A stretch of 56,772 nucleotides of DNA from an uncultured Bacteroidia bacterium (GTDB lineage: Bacteria > Bacteroidota > Bacteroidia > NS11-12g > UBA9320). Below are positions 39,738 to 49,751 of this stretch, one piece after another. The position numbers and the translations under genes were made by a program. How positions within the stretch are numbered: position 1 is the stretch's first letter; the number at the start of each line of letters is the position of its first letter. The stretch lies in contig CAWURO010000019.1 of the NCBI GenBank assembly GCA_963924815.1, positions 1-56,772 of the forward strand. The letters are read 5' to 3'. The notes under the pieces are model-generated. The model searched no databases and was not told the origin of the DNA. It worked only from the letters and a program-made list of their open reading frames with translations.

Positions 39738-40010
39738 TACGTTTTCTCCAAATTTTTCTTTGGTCTTTTCCCTTAATCTAGATGCGTGTTTTTCGTTATA
39801 CTCCTCAAATTTTGACCAAGAATCTAATTTATATTGTACCGCATAAGAGTTGTGTGTTCGCTCAGTTGGATCCTCAATTATTTTAAAAACATGGTTTTCT
39901 AAAAACAGGTTGGTTCGCATTACTTCAGGTATATGGATTTCTTTTAGCCATATTAAAACCTCTTGTTCTATTTCTGGGCGAATACTAAGTGTCACGTTAT
40001 ATATTATCAT
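39705..40010 (-). CDS. DUF4286-family protein
   Basis: MIIYNVT, W.KE.HIPEV, SYAVQY and FG..VL.FRT.LE. Confidence 0.85.
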   Translation of the reverse strand: MIIYNVTLSIRPEIEQEVLIWLKEIHIPEVMRTNLFLENHVFKIIEDPTERTHNSYAVQYKLDSWSKFEEYNEKHASRLREKTKEKFGENVLSFRTFLEKI

Positions 40011-40915
40011 TATGATCTGGGATGAAATTGTTCTATTACTGATTTGAGATACGATTTGTCAAGATGCGTGTAAATTTCGGTGGTGGTTATGCTTTCGTGA
40101 CCTAACATTTGTTGGATCGCTCTAAGGTCGGCTCCTGCTTCAACCAGAACGGTTGCAAAAGAATGACGCAAGGTATGTGGGCTTATGTTCTTATTTATTT
40201 TTGCCTTTGCAGCAAGGTCTTTTAATACTTTAAACACCGTAATTCTGCTCAAAGCCGCCCCTTTCTGATTCAGAATTAATTGGTTGTTCACTTTTTTAGT
40301 GGCCACGTGATTTCGATAGTGGCTCATGTAGTAACCTATCTGTGTAATTGTTTTAGCCCCCACGGGAACGAGTCTTTCTTTATCTCCTTTGCCAAGTATC
40401 TTAATAAAGCCTTCATCTAAATACAAATCGCTTATAGATAGAGATGTTAACTCCGACACCCGGAGACCGCTTCCGTACATAAGCATAATTATGGTTTTAT
40501 CTCTCTCCCCAGAAATTTTGGAAAAATCAATACGCGACATCATGCTTTCTATTTCTATATGTGAAAGCACTTCAGGAAGTTTTTTGGGTAATTTGGGTGT
40601 TAAAATAGTTTGAAGTGGGTTGTGTTTTATAATTTCTGTAATAACCAGGTTTTTATAGAACGATTTTAAACCAGAGATAATGCGGGCAACGCTTCTTGGG
40701 TTTAAGCCTATGTCGCTCAAAAAAATCAAAAAATCGTTTATGTCTTGCGAATTGACTTCCGCTAAGTTTTTGTTTGGCATAAAGCTGACCAGCTTTTGAA
40801 TATCCGTTAAATAAGCGCTGGCCGTGTTTTCACTAAGGGATCTATCTATTGAAAGTGTGGCGATAAACTCCTCAATTAGTTCGGCGTTTTCTACTTCAAC
40901 TTGATCTCTCGACAC
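40010..40915 (-). CDS. xerD: Tyrosine recombinase XerD
   Basis: LSENT..AY, GLRVSEL, GKGDKER, HTLRHSFAT, GADLR.IQ.MLGH and TTEIYTH; housekeeping context. Confidence 0.85.
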   Translation of the reverse strand: MSRDQVEVENAELIEEFIATLSIDRSLSENTASAYLTDIQKLVSFMPNKNLAEVNSQDINDFLIFLSDIGLNPRSVARIISGLKSFYKNLVITEIIKHNPLQTILTPKLPKKLPEVLSHIEIESMMSRIDFSKISGERDKTIIMLMYGSGLRVSELTSLSISDLYLDEGFIKILGKGDKERLVPVGAKTITQIGYYMSHYRNHVATKKVNNQLILNQKGAALSRITVFKVLKDLAAKAKINKNISPHTLRHSFATVLVEAGADLRAIQQMLGHESITTTEIYTHLDKSYLKSVIEQFHPRS

Positions 40916-41784
40916 TGAATCACCTCTTGATTAGCTCCGTCGTTATAGTTAATCATTATAACAATACTGGCGTTTTCTTGTACAACATACTTCGGTATAA
41001 CTAGATTCCACTCTTGGTCTATAGCAACTCCTCTTTCGGCAGAAGTAAAGCCGTTAGTTAGAAGCGGTAGTCCGTTATAGGGTGTATACGCCTCTCTAAG
41101 TACGTGCTTGTGTTTATAGGAGTAGGATGTACTATCTACAAAGTACTGAGGATACTTTATGTTATCTTCAATTAAAAAAATCGTCACATAAGGTACGGAT
41201 TCTGCATCTCCAACGAACAAAGCTCTACTTCTTAGTTTGGCAGTACTGTCGTTAATGAAACTTAAATTCGTTTCTAGATTAACTATTGCTTTTAGGTATT
41301 TTAGACTGTTTGCATGATTCAGCCATGTATTATAATCTACATTTATTTTGCCGTCTAAAATCTTCCTATTTAATCCCCCTCCCGGAAGCGTCCCCCCAAC
41401 CATATAGATGTTTTGAGCAATTAGTTGGCTAAGTTCAGAGGTTAGTCGTGCTTGATAAAACAAATCTTCATAGGGAGAAATATACGTTGTTAAACTTTTA
41501 GGTGTAGTTGGATAAACGCCAACTATGACAACTCCGCCAGCAGTTGAGTTGTCTTTAATATCTGCGGCTATTTGGGCAGCGTTTGGACAGCCCGTGCACC
41601 TTACCCCTGTAACATCTTCAATTAGTAAGACTCTGTTGTCCGCAGACGGAAGCTGGCTAAGGGGAACTCTCATTGTTGTGTCGTAAACCAAACCTTTAAC
41701 CAGTTCCATATTAACAGGAGGGAGGCTTTCTTGGCAACCCACCACAACATAAATTACCGCCGCAAGCAAAAAACATTTCTTCAT
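40891..41784 (-). CDS. Omp28-related lipoprotein with thioredoxin-like CxxC
   Basis: Lipobox VVGC, VLLIEDVTGVRCTGCP, IEDNI..PQ and Y.H.HVLR. Confidence 0.8.
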   Translation of the reverse strand: MKKCFLLAAVIYVVVGCQESLPPVNMELVKGLVYDTTMRVPLSQLPSADNRVLLIEDVTGVRCTGCPNAAQIAADIKDNSTAGGVVIVGVYPTTPKSLTTYISPYEDLFYQARLTSELSQLIAQNIYMVGGTLPGGGLNRKILDGKINVDYNTWLNHANSLKYLKAIVNLETNLSFINDSTAKLRSRALFVGDAESVPYVTIFLIEDNIKYPQYFVDSTSYSYKHKHVLREAYTPYNGLPLLTNGFTSAERGVAIDQEWNLVIPKYVVQENASIVIMINYNDGANQEVIQCREIKLK

Positions 41785-41794
41785 AACTTCAAAT

Positions 41795-42562
41795 TTACTT
41801 TTTTGTTCTTAAATAAACGTCTAGCCCTTTTAGTTCTTTTTCTGTTAGTTCTCTCCACATTCCTTTTTGTATTCCTTTTTTATCAAACGTATGAAACATT
41901 ACTCTGTCTAGTTTGATTACTTCGTTGTTAATAGCCTCAAACATTCTTCGAATAACTCTATTCTTACCTGAGTGTATTTCGATACCATATCTAAACTCAT
42001 TATCCTCATGTAGTTCTACAATTTTATCAAAACTGCAGATACCGTCTTCTAGCTCTATTCCAGAAACCAGTTTATCTAATTCAAATTGCGTCAATCTGGT
42101 AGCAATTTTAGCCTTGTAGATTTTCTTAATTTTTTTTGTTGGGTGTAATAAGTTTTGGGTTAGCACCCCATCGTTAGTCATCAAAATAACTCCTGTCGTG
42201 TTTCGGTCTAATCTGCCTACGGGATATAGGTGCTGATATTTAGCAGGCAACAAGTCAACTATAGCGTTACGTCCCTTTTCGTCTTTTGTGGTACAAATGA
42301 CGTTTCTAGGTTTATTAATTAAAATATAGAAACGTTCACCTGTTGACAGCAAATTGCCGTCTACAACAACCTTATCATTTAGTGTAACTTTGGTTCCTAG
42401 TTCAGTGTTTACCTTTCCATTTACCTTAACCCGACCTTCCTCTATTAGTTTGTCCGCAGCTCTTCTGCTGCACAATCCGGTATTGGCAATATACTTATTG
42501 AGTCTCAATTCATTTGACACATTATCGTCTGTTTCTTTTCTTTCTGACTCTCTTTCTTTCAT
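41795..42562 (-). CDS. rRNA pseudouridine synthase (RsuA/RluB family)
   Basis: S4 domain RLNKYIA..G.CSRR, GRLD catalytic motif and G.NRVIRRM. Start moved to 42562. Confidence 0.92.
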   Translation of the reverse strand: MKERESERKETDDNVSNELRLNKYIANTGLCSRRAADKLIEEGRVKVNGKVNTELGTKVTLNDKVVVDGNLLSTGERFYILINKPRNVICTTKDEKGRNAIVDLLPAKYQHLYPVGRLDRNTTGVILMTNDGVLTQNLLHPTKKIKKIYKAKIATRLTQFELDKLVSGIELEDGICSFDKIVELHEDNEFRYGIEIHSGKNRVIRRMFEAINNEVIKLDRVMFHTFDKKGIQKGMWRELTEKELKGLDVYLRTKK

Positions 42563-42623
42563 ACGTGATTGTTTATCGTAATTTTTGCAAAATAATAGCG
42601 TTATCCACGACAATAGCTAACAA

Positions 42624-44318
42624 TTGAAATTAATATCTACCATATTGCTTTTTATAACGATACAATCGTTTGCTGTTAAGGGCGCTCCTCAAATATTGCG
42701 TGCATGCATAAACTCCCAAGATTCAATAATTACCGTTTCTTGGAAACCTCCCAGTGACGCATGTGCCTCATTTACCCACTACAGCATATTTGCAAGTTAC
42801 AACGGAGGCGCATTTACTAAAATTACATCCATACCCATTTTGTCCGTCTCCGAATATCCACACAAAATAAATAACAGCAGCACAAAGTGGTCGTACTATA
42901 TTCGAGTGTACTCGCTTTGTGACGGCTTAGATAGCTCACAGTCAGCTACTTTAGATGTCGACATTCTGCGACCACAAGAAATCCAAATTGACTCTGTTAG
43001 CTACGAATTAACAACACAAAACATAGTCGCCGGATGGTCGCCAAACCCCTCAACAGATACTAAGCTATATAAAATATACGACTTCTCGTCCGGAAATGGT
43101 GATTCTATTGGGGTTACGGGTTTGACATCTTTTACCGTTTCCACAAATCCTGCGTCTGGGTTTCCGGTTGTTATAGCTAGTCTAGATAGCTGTAACCTTT
43201 CTTCGATCTTGTCTTTGCCTCATACGCCGGCACGGTTGTCCGGATCTGTTGACAGTTGCAAAAAACAAATAACCTTAAGTTGGTCGCTTTATAAGGGGTG
43301 GAACACGATAGACAGTCAACTATTGTTTGTTTCTATCAACAGCGCCCCGTTTGTTCGTTATTCAATGATGTCTGGAACCTCTACTTATTTTACATACAAC
43401 AACTTAGCGCTAGGAGATCAGCTGACTTTCCTTGTTCGTTCGTATACTAAATCGGGATCGGTTACTTCCAGCTCCAATCAGTTACTGTTTATTACTAGGA
43501 AGCCAAAACCTCCACAAAACCTCTACTTATCCAATGTTAACGTCAACGATCAATCCATAGAAGTTAGCTTTAAGGTCACAGACCTCAACGACGCATGGAA
43601 CATGACAGTTCGGAAAGGAACAAACCCCGCGTCGCTAACATCCGCGTTTTCGATCAAGACCGTTGCTAATGTTGTTGATTTTATGTACGTTGACGCTAAC
43701 GTAAAAGTTAGCGAAACACAATATTACTATCAGATTGAAACACAAGACCGTTGCGGTTCGGTGCTTTCTTTATCCAACATTTCATCCAACATGCTCCTTC
43801 AAATTGATGATCAACTGCACCACAACCCCTATAGCGGTTGGGCGCAAGGCGCAAAAAGTTATGAATTGCAGCGCAGTTTCGATAACGGTTCCACGTGGAA
43901 CACCATTCAGATTTCCAACCAAGAATTTAACGCAGCAGAATTTAGTGACTCGTCGGGATGTTTTAGGGTATTAGCCGACGAAGAGCCAAACACAACATTT
44001 GCCACGTCAGCAATCAGCATATCTAACAAGGCGTGCAATATAGACCATATGACTTCGTATGTGGTAACGGGCGTAAACCCTCTGGGGGGCAATAACCGAT
44101 TCATCGTCATGGGCAAAGGGATAGATAACCAAAACTCTTACTATCGTGTTTATAACCGCTGGGGAGAGTTGTTAGTGCAAAAAACAACCAACGAGCCTTG
44201 GGATCTTACTTATAAAGGTGAAACAATACCCTCCGGCAGCTATATATATATTATCAATTTATACGGTTTGGGTGGTGAGAAAAGAACAGAGAAAGGAACA
44301 CTGAATGTTATTCAATAA
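42624..44318 (+). CDS. T9SS type B cargo (gliding-motility C-terminal domain) with FN3-like repeats
   Basis: Signal peptide and Cys-containing beta-sandwich repeats; C-terminal NP...N.RF...VYNRWGE...WD..YKG....G.Y.Y...KG. Confidence 0.8.
   Translation: MKLISTILLFITIQSFAVKGAPQILRACINSQDSIITVSWKPPSDACASFTHYSIFASYNGGAFTKITSIPILSVSEYPHKINNSSTKWSYYIRVYSLCDGLDSSQSATLDVDILRPQEIQIDSVSYELTTQNIVAGWSPNPSTDTKLYKIYDFSSGNGDSIGVTGLTSFTVSTNPASGFPVVIASLDSCNLSSILSLPHTPARLSGSVDSCKKQITLSWSLYKGWNTIDSQLLFVSINSAPFVRYSMMSGTSTYFTYNNLALGDQLTFLVRSYTKSGSVTSSSNQLLFITRKPKPPQNLYLSNVNVNDQSIEVSFKVTDLNDAWNMTVRKGTNPASLTSAFSIKTVANVVDFMYVDANVKVSETQYYYQIETQDRCGSVLSLSNISSNMLLQIDDQLHHNPYSGWAQGAKSYELQRSFDNGSTWNTIQISNQEFNAAEFSDSSGCFRVLADEEPNTTFATSAISISNKACNIDHMTSYVVTGVNPLGGNNRFIVMGKGIDNQNSYYRVYNRWGELLVQKTTNEPWDLTYKGETIPSGSYIYIINLYGLGGEKRTEKGTLNVIQ
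43887..43902. promoter_or_regulatory. parS site (intragenic)
   Basis: GGTTCCACGTGGAACA: a 14 bp perfect palindromic core, one mismatch to TGTTCCACGTGGAACA. Confidence 0.7.
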
Positions 44319-44727
44319 AATAGAGATCGACACCGTATATTCTGAGGTGATCGACATGATGAACACTGCTGGGCTAGAAAATGTATTTGATGCACTACAA
44401 ATTAGCAAGCCAGTAATTTACTTTTTTGTGTCCGATGACGAATTATTAGAGGTCAACATAGATGTGCTCAACCACGACTACTATACCGACATCATTACGT
44501 TTGACTACGGTGACGACAGCGATATAGAACAACACGAAATACTCATAAGCTGGGATAGGATAAAGGAAAACGCCACCACACACCTACAGACCAATCATCA
44601 GGAGCTGCACCGAGTTTGTATCCACGGATTGCTTCATTTAGCGGGATACGACGACAAAACAGATGAGGAAAAGCAAAAAATGAGAGGGCTCGAGACACAG
44701 TTTTTAGATTTGCACTGTTCCACGTGA
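44305..44727 (+). CDS. ybeY: rRNA maturation RNase YbeY
   Basis: HDYYTDIITF and HRVCIHGLLHLAGYDD. Confidence 0.9.
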   Translation: MLFNKIEIDTVYSEVIDMMNTAGLENVFDALQISKPVIYFFVSDDELLEVNIDVLNHDYYTDIITFDYGDDSDIEQHEILISWDRIKENATTHLQTNHQELHRVCIHGLLHLAGYDDKTDEEKQKMRGLETQFLDLHCST

Positions 44728-44731
44728 AACA
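44716..44731. promoter_or_regulatory. parS site
   Basis: TGTTCCACGTGAAACA, an exact match to the TGTTNCACGTGAAACA consensus, over the ybeY stop. Confidence 0.9.
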
Positions 44732-44735
44732 TAAT

Positions 44736-46586
44736 ATGTATGATGTAATTGTTGTTGGTGCCGGTCACGCGGGTTGTGAGGCGGCCCATGTTGCTGGTAA
44801 GCTAGGCTCAAAGGTGCTCATGATCACAATGAACATGGAAACGATAGCTAAAATGTCATGCAACCCGGCAATGGGTGGTGTGGCTAAGGGTCAAATTATA
44901 CGCGAAATAGATGCGCTTGGCGGGATGTCCGCTATTGTATCCGATTATAGTATGATGCAGTTTAGAATGCTAAACACATCAAAGGGTCCTGCAATGTGGA
45001 GTCCCAGATCTCAAAACGACCGCACAATGTTTTCCTTAAAGTGGAGAGAGATTCTTGAACAAAATTCAAACATAGATTTTATTCAAGACTCTGTTAATCA
45101 AATACTTATAGAGAATTCGCGTGCTGTGGGTGTTGAAACGAGTTCAGGCATAAAAATTACCGGGAAATCTGTGGTTTTAACCAGCGGTACTTTTATGAAT
45201 GGTATCATTCACATTGGAAACCAAAAAACCGCCGGAGGAAGAATGGGAGACAGGGCTTCTTATGGAATAACTGAACAACTTCTTGCGCTAGGTCTAGATA
45301 GCGGCAGAATGAAAACGGGCACTCCGCCAAGAGTTGACGGGAGAAGTATAAACTACGCTATCCTTGAAGAACAGCCCGGCGACATAGACCCTAAGTGCTT
45401 CTCTTTTCGAAAGCCAACTAGGATTACCAAACAACACAGTTGTCATATAACCTATACAAACGAAAAGGTTCACGACATATTAAGATCTGGTTTCAACGAC
45501 TCTCCCCTTTTTAATGGCTCAATTCAAGGAATTGGACCGCGCTACTGTCCCTCCGTAGAAGATAAAGTAAATCGTTTTGCCGAACGAACGCGACATCAAA
45601 TATTTGTAGAACCCGAGGGTTGGAATACCTGCGAAACGTATATCAACGGATTTAGCACGTCGTTACCCCAAAACATTCAATATCAAGCCCTTAGAGCCAT
45701 TAAGGGGTTCGAAAATGCCAAAATTTTTAGACCCGGATATGCAATCGAGTACGACTTTTTTTATCCTACACAACTCTCCTTAAACCTCGAAACTAAGGAT
45801 ATTAAAAACCTCTTCTTCGCGGGACAAATTAATGGCACTACGGGCTACGAAGAGGCTGCGTGCCAAGGGTTAATGGCAGGAATTAATGCTCATCAGAAGA
45901 CAAATGATAAAGAGCCACTTATTTTAAGCAGAAGCGAGGCTTATATTGGGGTTCTTATTGACGACCTTGTTAACAAAGGTACTAACGAACCGTATCGAAT
46001 GTTTACCAGCAGAGCAGAGTACAGAATACTGCTTAGACAAGATAATGCTGACCTAAGATTGATGAAAAAAGGATTCGATATCGGAACTATTACTCAAGAA
46101 GAAATAGACAAGCTACAGACTAAGGAAAAAAACATTACAGCGCTTTCTAAGCTCATAAAAACAAAAACTATTACACCAAGCGAGGCAAACCCAGTGCTTG
46201 TTAGATATAATACCGCTGAAATACCTCAAAACTATCTTATTGATAAGATTCTCTCTAGACCCCAAATAACCCACCAACACCTTTTAGAAATAGACTCAGT
46301 ACGTTCTCTATTTGAGCCTTTTAGTCACGACGAAATAGAACAGGTTGAAATACTACTTAAATATGATAGCTACATAAAGAGTGAAAAAGAAAACGTAGAA
46401 AAGCTTTTACGTTTAGAACACTACAAACTAGAGGCTACCTTTGATTATAATGCCATAGAGTCTCTTTCTTTAGAGTCACGCGATAAGCTTAATAAAATCA
46501 AACCTACTAGCGTTGGTCAGGCGTCAAGAATAAGCGGTGTTAGTCCGGCAGATATTTCTGTATTGCTCGTACATTTTGGAAGATGA
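44736..46586 (+). CDS. mnmG: tRNA uridine-5-carboxymethylaminomethyl modification enzyme
   Basis: Motifs GAGHAGCEAA, MSCNPAMGG, KTGTPPR, GPRYCPS, GQINGTTGYEEAA and YRMFTSRAE. ATG at 44736 preferred; the GTG at 44724 lies inside parS. Confidence 0.97.
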   Translation: MYDVIVVGAGHAGCEAAHVAGKLGSKVLMITMNMETIAKMSCNPAMGGVAKGQIIREIDALGGMSAIVSDYSMMQFRMLNTSKGPAMWSPRSQNDRTMFSLKWREILEQNSNIDFIQDSVNQILIENSRAVGVETSSGIKITGKSVVLTSGTFMNGIIHIGNQKTAGGRMGDRASYGITEQLLALGLDSGRMKTGTPPRVDGRSINYAILEEQPGDIDPKCFSFRKPTRITKQHSCHITYTNEKVHDILRSGFNDSPLFNGSIQGIGPRYCPSVEDKVNRFAERTRHQIFVEPEGWNTCETYINGFSTSLPQNIQYQALRAIKGFENAKIFRPGYAIEYDFFYPTQLSLNLETKDIKNLFFAGQINGTTGYEEAACQGLMAGINAHQKTNDKEPLILSRSEAYIGVLIDDLVNKGTNEPYRMFTSRAEYRILLRQDNADLRLMKKGFDIGTITQEEIDKLQTKEKNITALSKLIKTKTITPSEANPVLVRYNTAEIPQNYLIDKILSRPQITHQHLLEIDSVRSLFEPFSHDEIEQVEILLKYDSYIKSEKENVEKLLRLEHYKLEATFDYNAIESLSLESRDKLNKIKPTSVGQASRISGVSPADISVLLVHFGR

Positions 46587-48100
46587 GAAAGCTTTACATT
46601 TTTTTAAGTTGCTTGTTGTTTTCATGTGCCTCTATACAAACTTTAACCGGGGGGGAGAAAGACTTAGCGCCTCCTAAGATTATTAAAACGTCGATAGATA
46701 GTGGGTCAACTAATATTGCCAGTAACTTCTTCCGATTTACCTTTGATGAAAATATAGGAACAAGTAAGGTTAACGAATTGCTCCTCATTTCGCCCACCCA
46801 ACAAAAGAATCCCAAACTAGAAATTAAAGGGGCGCAAGCGCTATTAACGCTTAACGATACGCTGACCCCAAACACCACTTATACTGTAAAATTTAATGGG
46901 TGTATAGTTGATGTTAACGAGAATAATCCAATGTTAGATTACTCTTATATCTTTTCAACCGGCGGTTATTTAGACTCAGCTAGTATTAGTGGATATGTGA
47001 AAGATATTACCACAAATCTGCCTTGTGAAAATTGCAATATTCAACTGTACGCATCTAAAAACGATAGTATTGTCATTAAAATAAAGCCCGATTATATTGC
47101 TAAAACAAACGAGATCGGCTACTTTCAATTCAATAATTTACCTACACGTAACTTTAAATTAGTTGCACTGAAAGACGGCAATAATAATTTAATGCTTGAT
47201 AATAATGAGCTGGTATCATTAGCAAAAGAAATTCACACGGGTAAAACCATACCCGATACTATAAGTATTTTTCCTTTTTATCATTACGTCGACTACAAAC
47301 CAAGCCTATTAAACACAAAAGAACCTGGTATTTTACAGATAGCTATTAATAAGCCTTTAACACATGTTGCTCATTTATACATAGACGACAGTATTAAAGT
47401 TTATCAACTATCTCCTTCAAGAGATACTATTACTTATTATTACCAACCAACACAAGATACGTTAAATGTTTTAATCACTATTGATACAAATCAATTTTCA
47501 TTTATTTATATAAATCGTCTTAGTCAATATATAAAACCAATTAGGCTTATCACATCAAACTTCAATGGTCTCACAATCATAAAATCTAATTATCGTATTA
47601 AAGGTATAGATAAGGGTAAAATCTTATTACTTAGAGATAGTAACGTAGTGTCAGCAACTGATATTTATCATACCGATTATCAAGTTATCATAAAACATCC
47701 TTTAAACCTTATACCAGATAAGATAGAAATACTAGAATCTGGGATAACGGATATTATGGGGAATAACAACAGTAATTACAGTCAAACTATACTTTTACAA
47801 AAGCGTACTAACACTAACTTAAACCTCACTATTAATATAGATACTAATACCTATATCTTACACATATATAAAGGCAATTCATTATATAAAACTGAATATA
47901 TAAATTTCTCTAAAAATTTGACAATAAACAACTTACCTCAAGGCACATACTCGTGTCAACTTATTAAAGATTTAAATAATAATCAAATATGGGATACTGG
48001 TGACTACTTTAGTCATACTAAACCAGAGCCTATTTTATTTACTAAACCATTTGATATGCGTGAAAATTGGGATAAAAATTTAATAATCAATAGTTTATAG
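46583..48100 (+). CDS. Ig-like (Big_5) domain lipoprotein
   Basis: Lipobox FSC, GGEKD..PP, FDE, YIFSTG and D.NNN..WDTG...PE. Confidence 0.8.
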   Translation: MRKLYIFLSCLLFSCASIQTLTGGEKDLAPPKIIKTSIDSGSTNIASNFFRFTFDENIGTSKVNELLLISPTQQKNPKLEIKGAQALLTLNDTLTPNTTYTVKFNGCIVDVNENNPMLDYSYIFSTGGYLDSASISGYVKDITTNLPCENCNIQLYASKNDSIVIKIKPDYIAKTNEIGYFQFNNLPTRNFKLVALKDGNNNLMLDNNELVSLAKEIHTGKTIPDTISIFPFYHYVDYKPSLLNTKEPGILQIAINKPLTHVAHLYIDDSIKVYQLSPSRDTITYYYQPTQDTLNVLITIDTNQFSFIYINRLSQYIKPIRLITSNFNGLTIIKSNYRIKGIDKGKILLLRDSNVVSATDIYHTDYQVIIKHPLNLIPDKIEILESGITDIMGNNNSNYSQTILLQKRTNTNLNLTINIDTNTYILHIYKGNSLYKTEYINFSKNLTINNLPQGTYSCQLIKDLNNNQIWDTGDYFSHTKPEPILFTKPFDMRENWDKNLIINSL

Positions 48101-48484
48101 TTATACTAACACTCTTATTAACATATAATGTTATTTGACGCTTATAACTTATAATTATTACTCCCATACTATATTATCCACTCATTCTACTTTATGATAC
48201 ACCGTATCTTAACAATATATAGCACACATTTACACATATCTATTATTAACAATTAACTGTTATTAAAGCTATTCACATTAATAACTAAATATGTTAATTT
48301 ATTCATTTTAAACCATTTATACAAAATAAATATGTTAATTAAATGTTAAGTCTCATAAAACATAATTTTAATATCACCGAATTCACATACACTTATAATA
48401 CTACTACTATTAAATAATTTATAATTTAAGAAATTAAATAATAGAGAGTGGGTAAGCGTATTTACTTGGAACGAACAGAAGAGT
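48101..48484. other. Probable replication origin oriC
   Basis: Very AT-rich gap. DnaA-box-like 9-mers TTATTAACA (48115, 48243), TTATCCACT (48174), CTATTCACA (48269) and GAATTCACA (48379). Trio-like run TAA TAC TAC TAC TAT TAA (48396-48413). Near mnmG and parS, with a local skew switch. Confidence 0.75.
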
Positions 48485-48505
48485 TTGTTTTCTTTGCAAC
48501 GTCAA

Positions 48506-49513
48506 ATGAAAGATCAGATAGATAAAATTATAAATGAAGCAGAGCAATTTGTAATTAATACCATAGACCAACTAGAATATTATAAAATAAGGTTCTTAGT
48601 AAAAAAGGGATTAGTAAACCAATTATTTATTGATTTTAAGGACTTAGCAAGCGAGGAAAAAAAAATATTAGGTAAAGAACTTAATATTTTAAAAAGTAAG
48701 GTTGAAGAATTATATAATAATGCAGAAGTAGAGCTAAGATCAGCTCAAAGTGTAAAAGAAGAAATTAATCCTTTACCTGGTTATTATTCTGAAGCAGGAA
48801 GTAGACACGCCATAAGTGTTATAATTGATGAAATGACATTAATTTTTGAAAGATTAGGATTTTCTGTTGCTAGCGGTCCTGAGATAGAAGATGACTGGCA
48901 TAATTTTTCTGCTTTAAATTTTCCGGACAATCACCCTGCTCGAGATATGCAAGATACGTTTTTCGTGGCTGAAGATAGATCATTAAGAACGCACACCTCA
49001 TCCGTACAGGTAAGGCTTATGGAAGAAGGTAATTTACCTATCAGAAGTATAATGCCTGGCCGTGTTTATAGAAACGAGGCTATTTCGGCCCGTTCTAACT
49101 GTTTTTTTCACCAGGTTGAGGGTTTATATATAGATAAAGGAGTTTCGTTCTCAGACTTAAAACAAACGCTATATAATTTTGTGCAAGAATTTTTTGGATC
49201 GGATACAAGAGTAAGATTTAGGGCATCTTATTTCCCTTTTACAGAACCAAGTGCAGAAATGGATATTTATTTAGGACTTGAATCGGAATCAGATTATAAG
49301 TTAACAAAGGGTACAGGATGGTTGGAAATTTTAGGTTGCGGCATGGTTGATCCTAATGTTTTAGAAAATTGCAAAATAGACACCACTATATATTCTGGTT
49401 TTGCATTTGGTCTTGGAGTGGACAGAATGGCAATGTTAAAATTTGGCGTGAAAGATCTGCGTACTTTTTTTAACGGGGATAAAAGATTCTTAGAACAATT
49501 TAGTAGCTTGTAA
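48506..49513 (+). CDS. pheS: Phenylalanine--tRNA ligase alpha subunit
   Basis: Motifs HPARDMQDTF, LRTHTS, FHQVEG, FPFTEPSAE and GFAFG.G.DR. Start moved to the ATG at 48506. Confidence 0.97.
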   Translation: MKDQIDKIINEAEQFVINTIDQLEYYKIRFLVKKGLVNQLFIDFKDLASEEKKILGKELNILKSKVEELYNNAEVELRSAQSVKEEINPLPGYYSEAGSRHAISVIIDEMTLIFERLGFSVASGPEIEDDWHNFSALNFPDNHPARDMQDTFFVAEDRSLRTHTSSVQVRLMEEGNLPIRSIMPGRVYRNEAISARSNCFFHQVEGLYIDKGVSFSDLKQTLYNFVQEFFGSDTRVRFRASYFPFTEPSAEMDIYLGLESESDYKLTKGTGWLEILGCGMVDPNVLENCKIDTTIYSGFAFGLGVDRMAMLKFGVKDLRTFFNGDKRFLEQFSSL

Positions 49514-49542
49514 TACAACAACCTATTGTAATAATTAGAATA

Positions 49543-49740
49543 CTAATGTGTTAAATCAACCGGTAAAGTATCAGTTTGTAGAATCATTAAAGTCTTTAAC
49601 ATAGAGTCTGCTCGTATAGAATCTCGTAACAACATTTCGTCCACTGTTAGTTCTTGTATAGCATCTTCTTCAGATGTTGTGTCGCTCGGCGTACAAGCGG
49701 CAAAAGTTAGGAGGTAAAATAAAAATAAATAGTAATTCAT
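49543..49740 (-). CDS. Small putative lipoprotein
   Basis: Hydrophobic stretch ending in lipobox FAAC; short acidic body with DSIRADS. Confidence 0.55.
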   Translation of the reverse strand: MNYYLFLFYLLTFAACTPSDTTSEEDAIQELTVDEMLLRDSIRADSMLKTLMILQTDTLPVDLTH

Positions 49741-49751
49741 ATTGGTAATAT

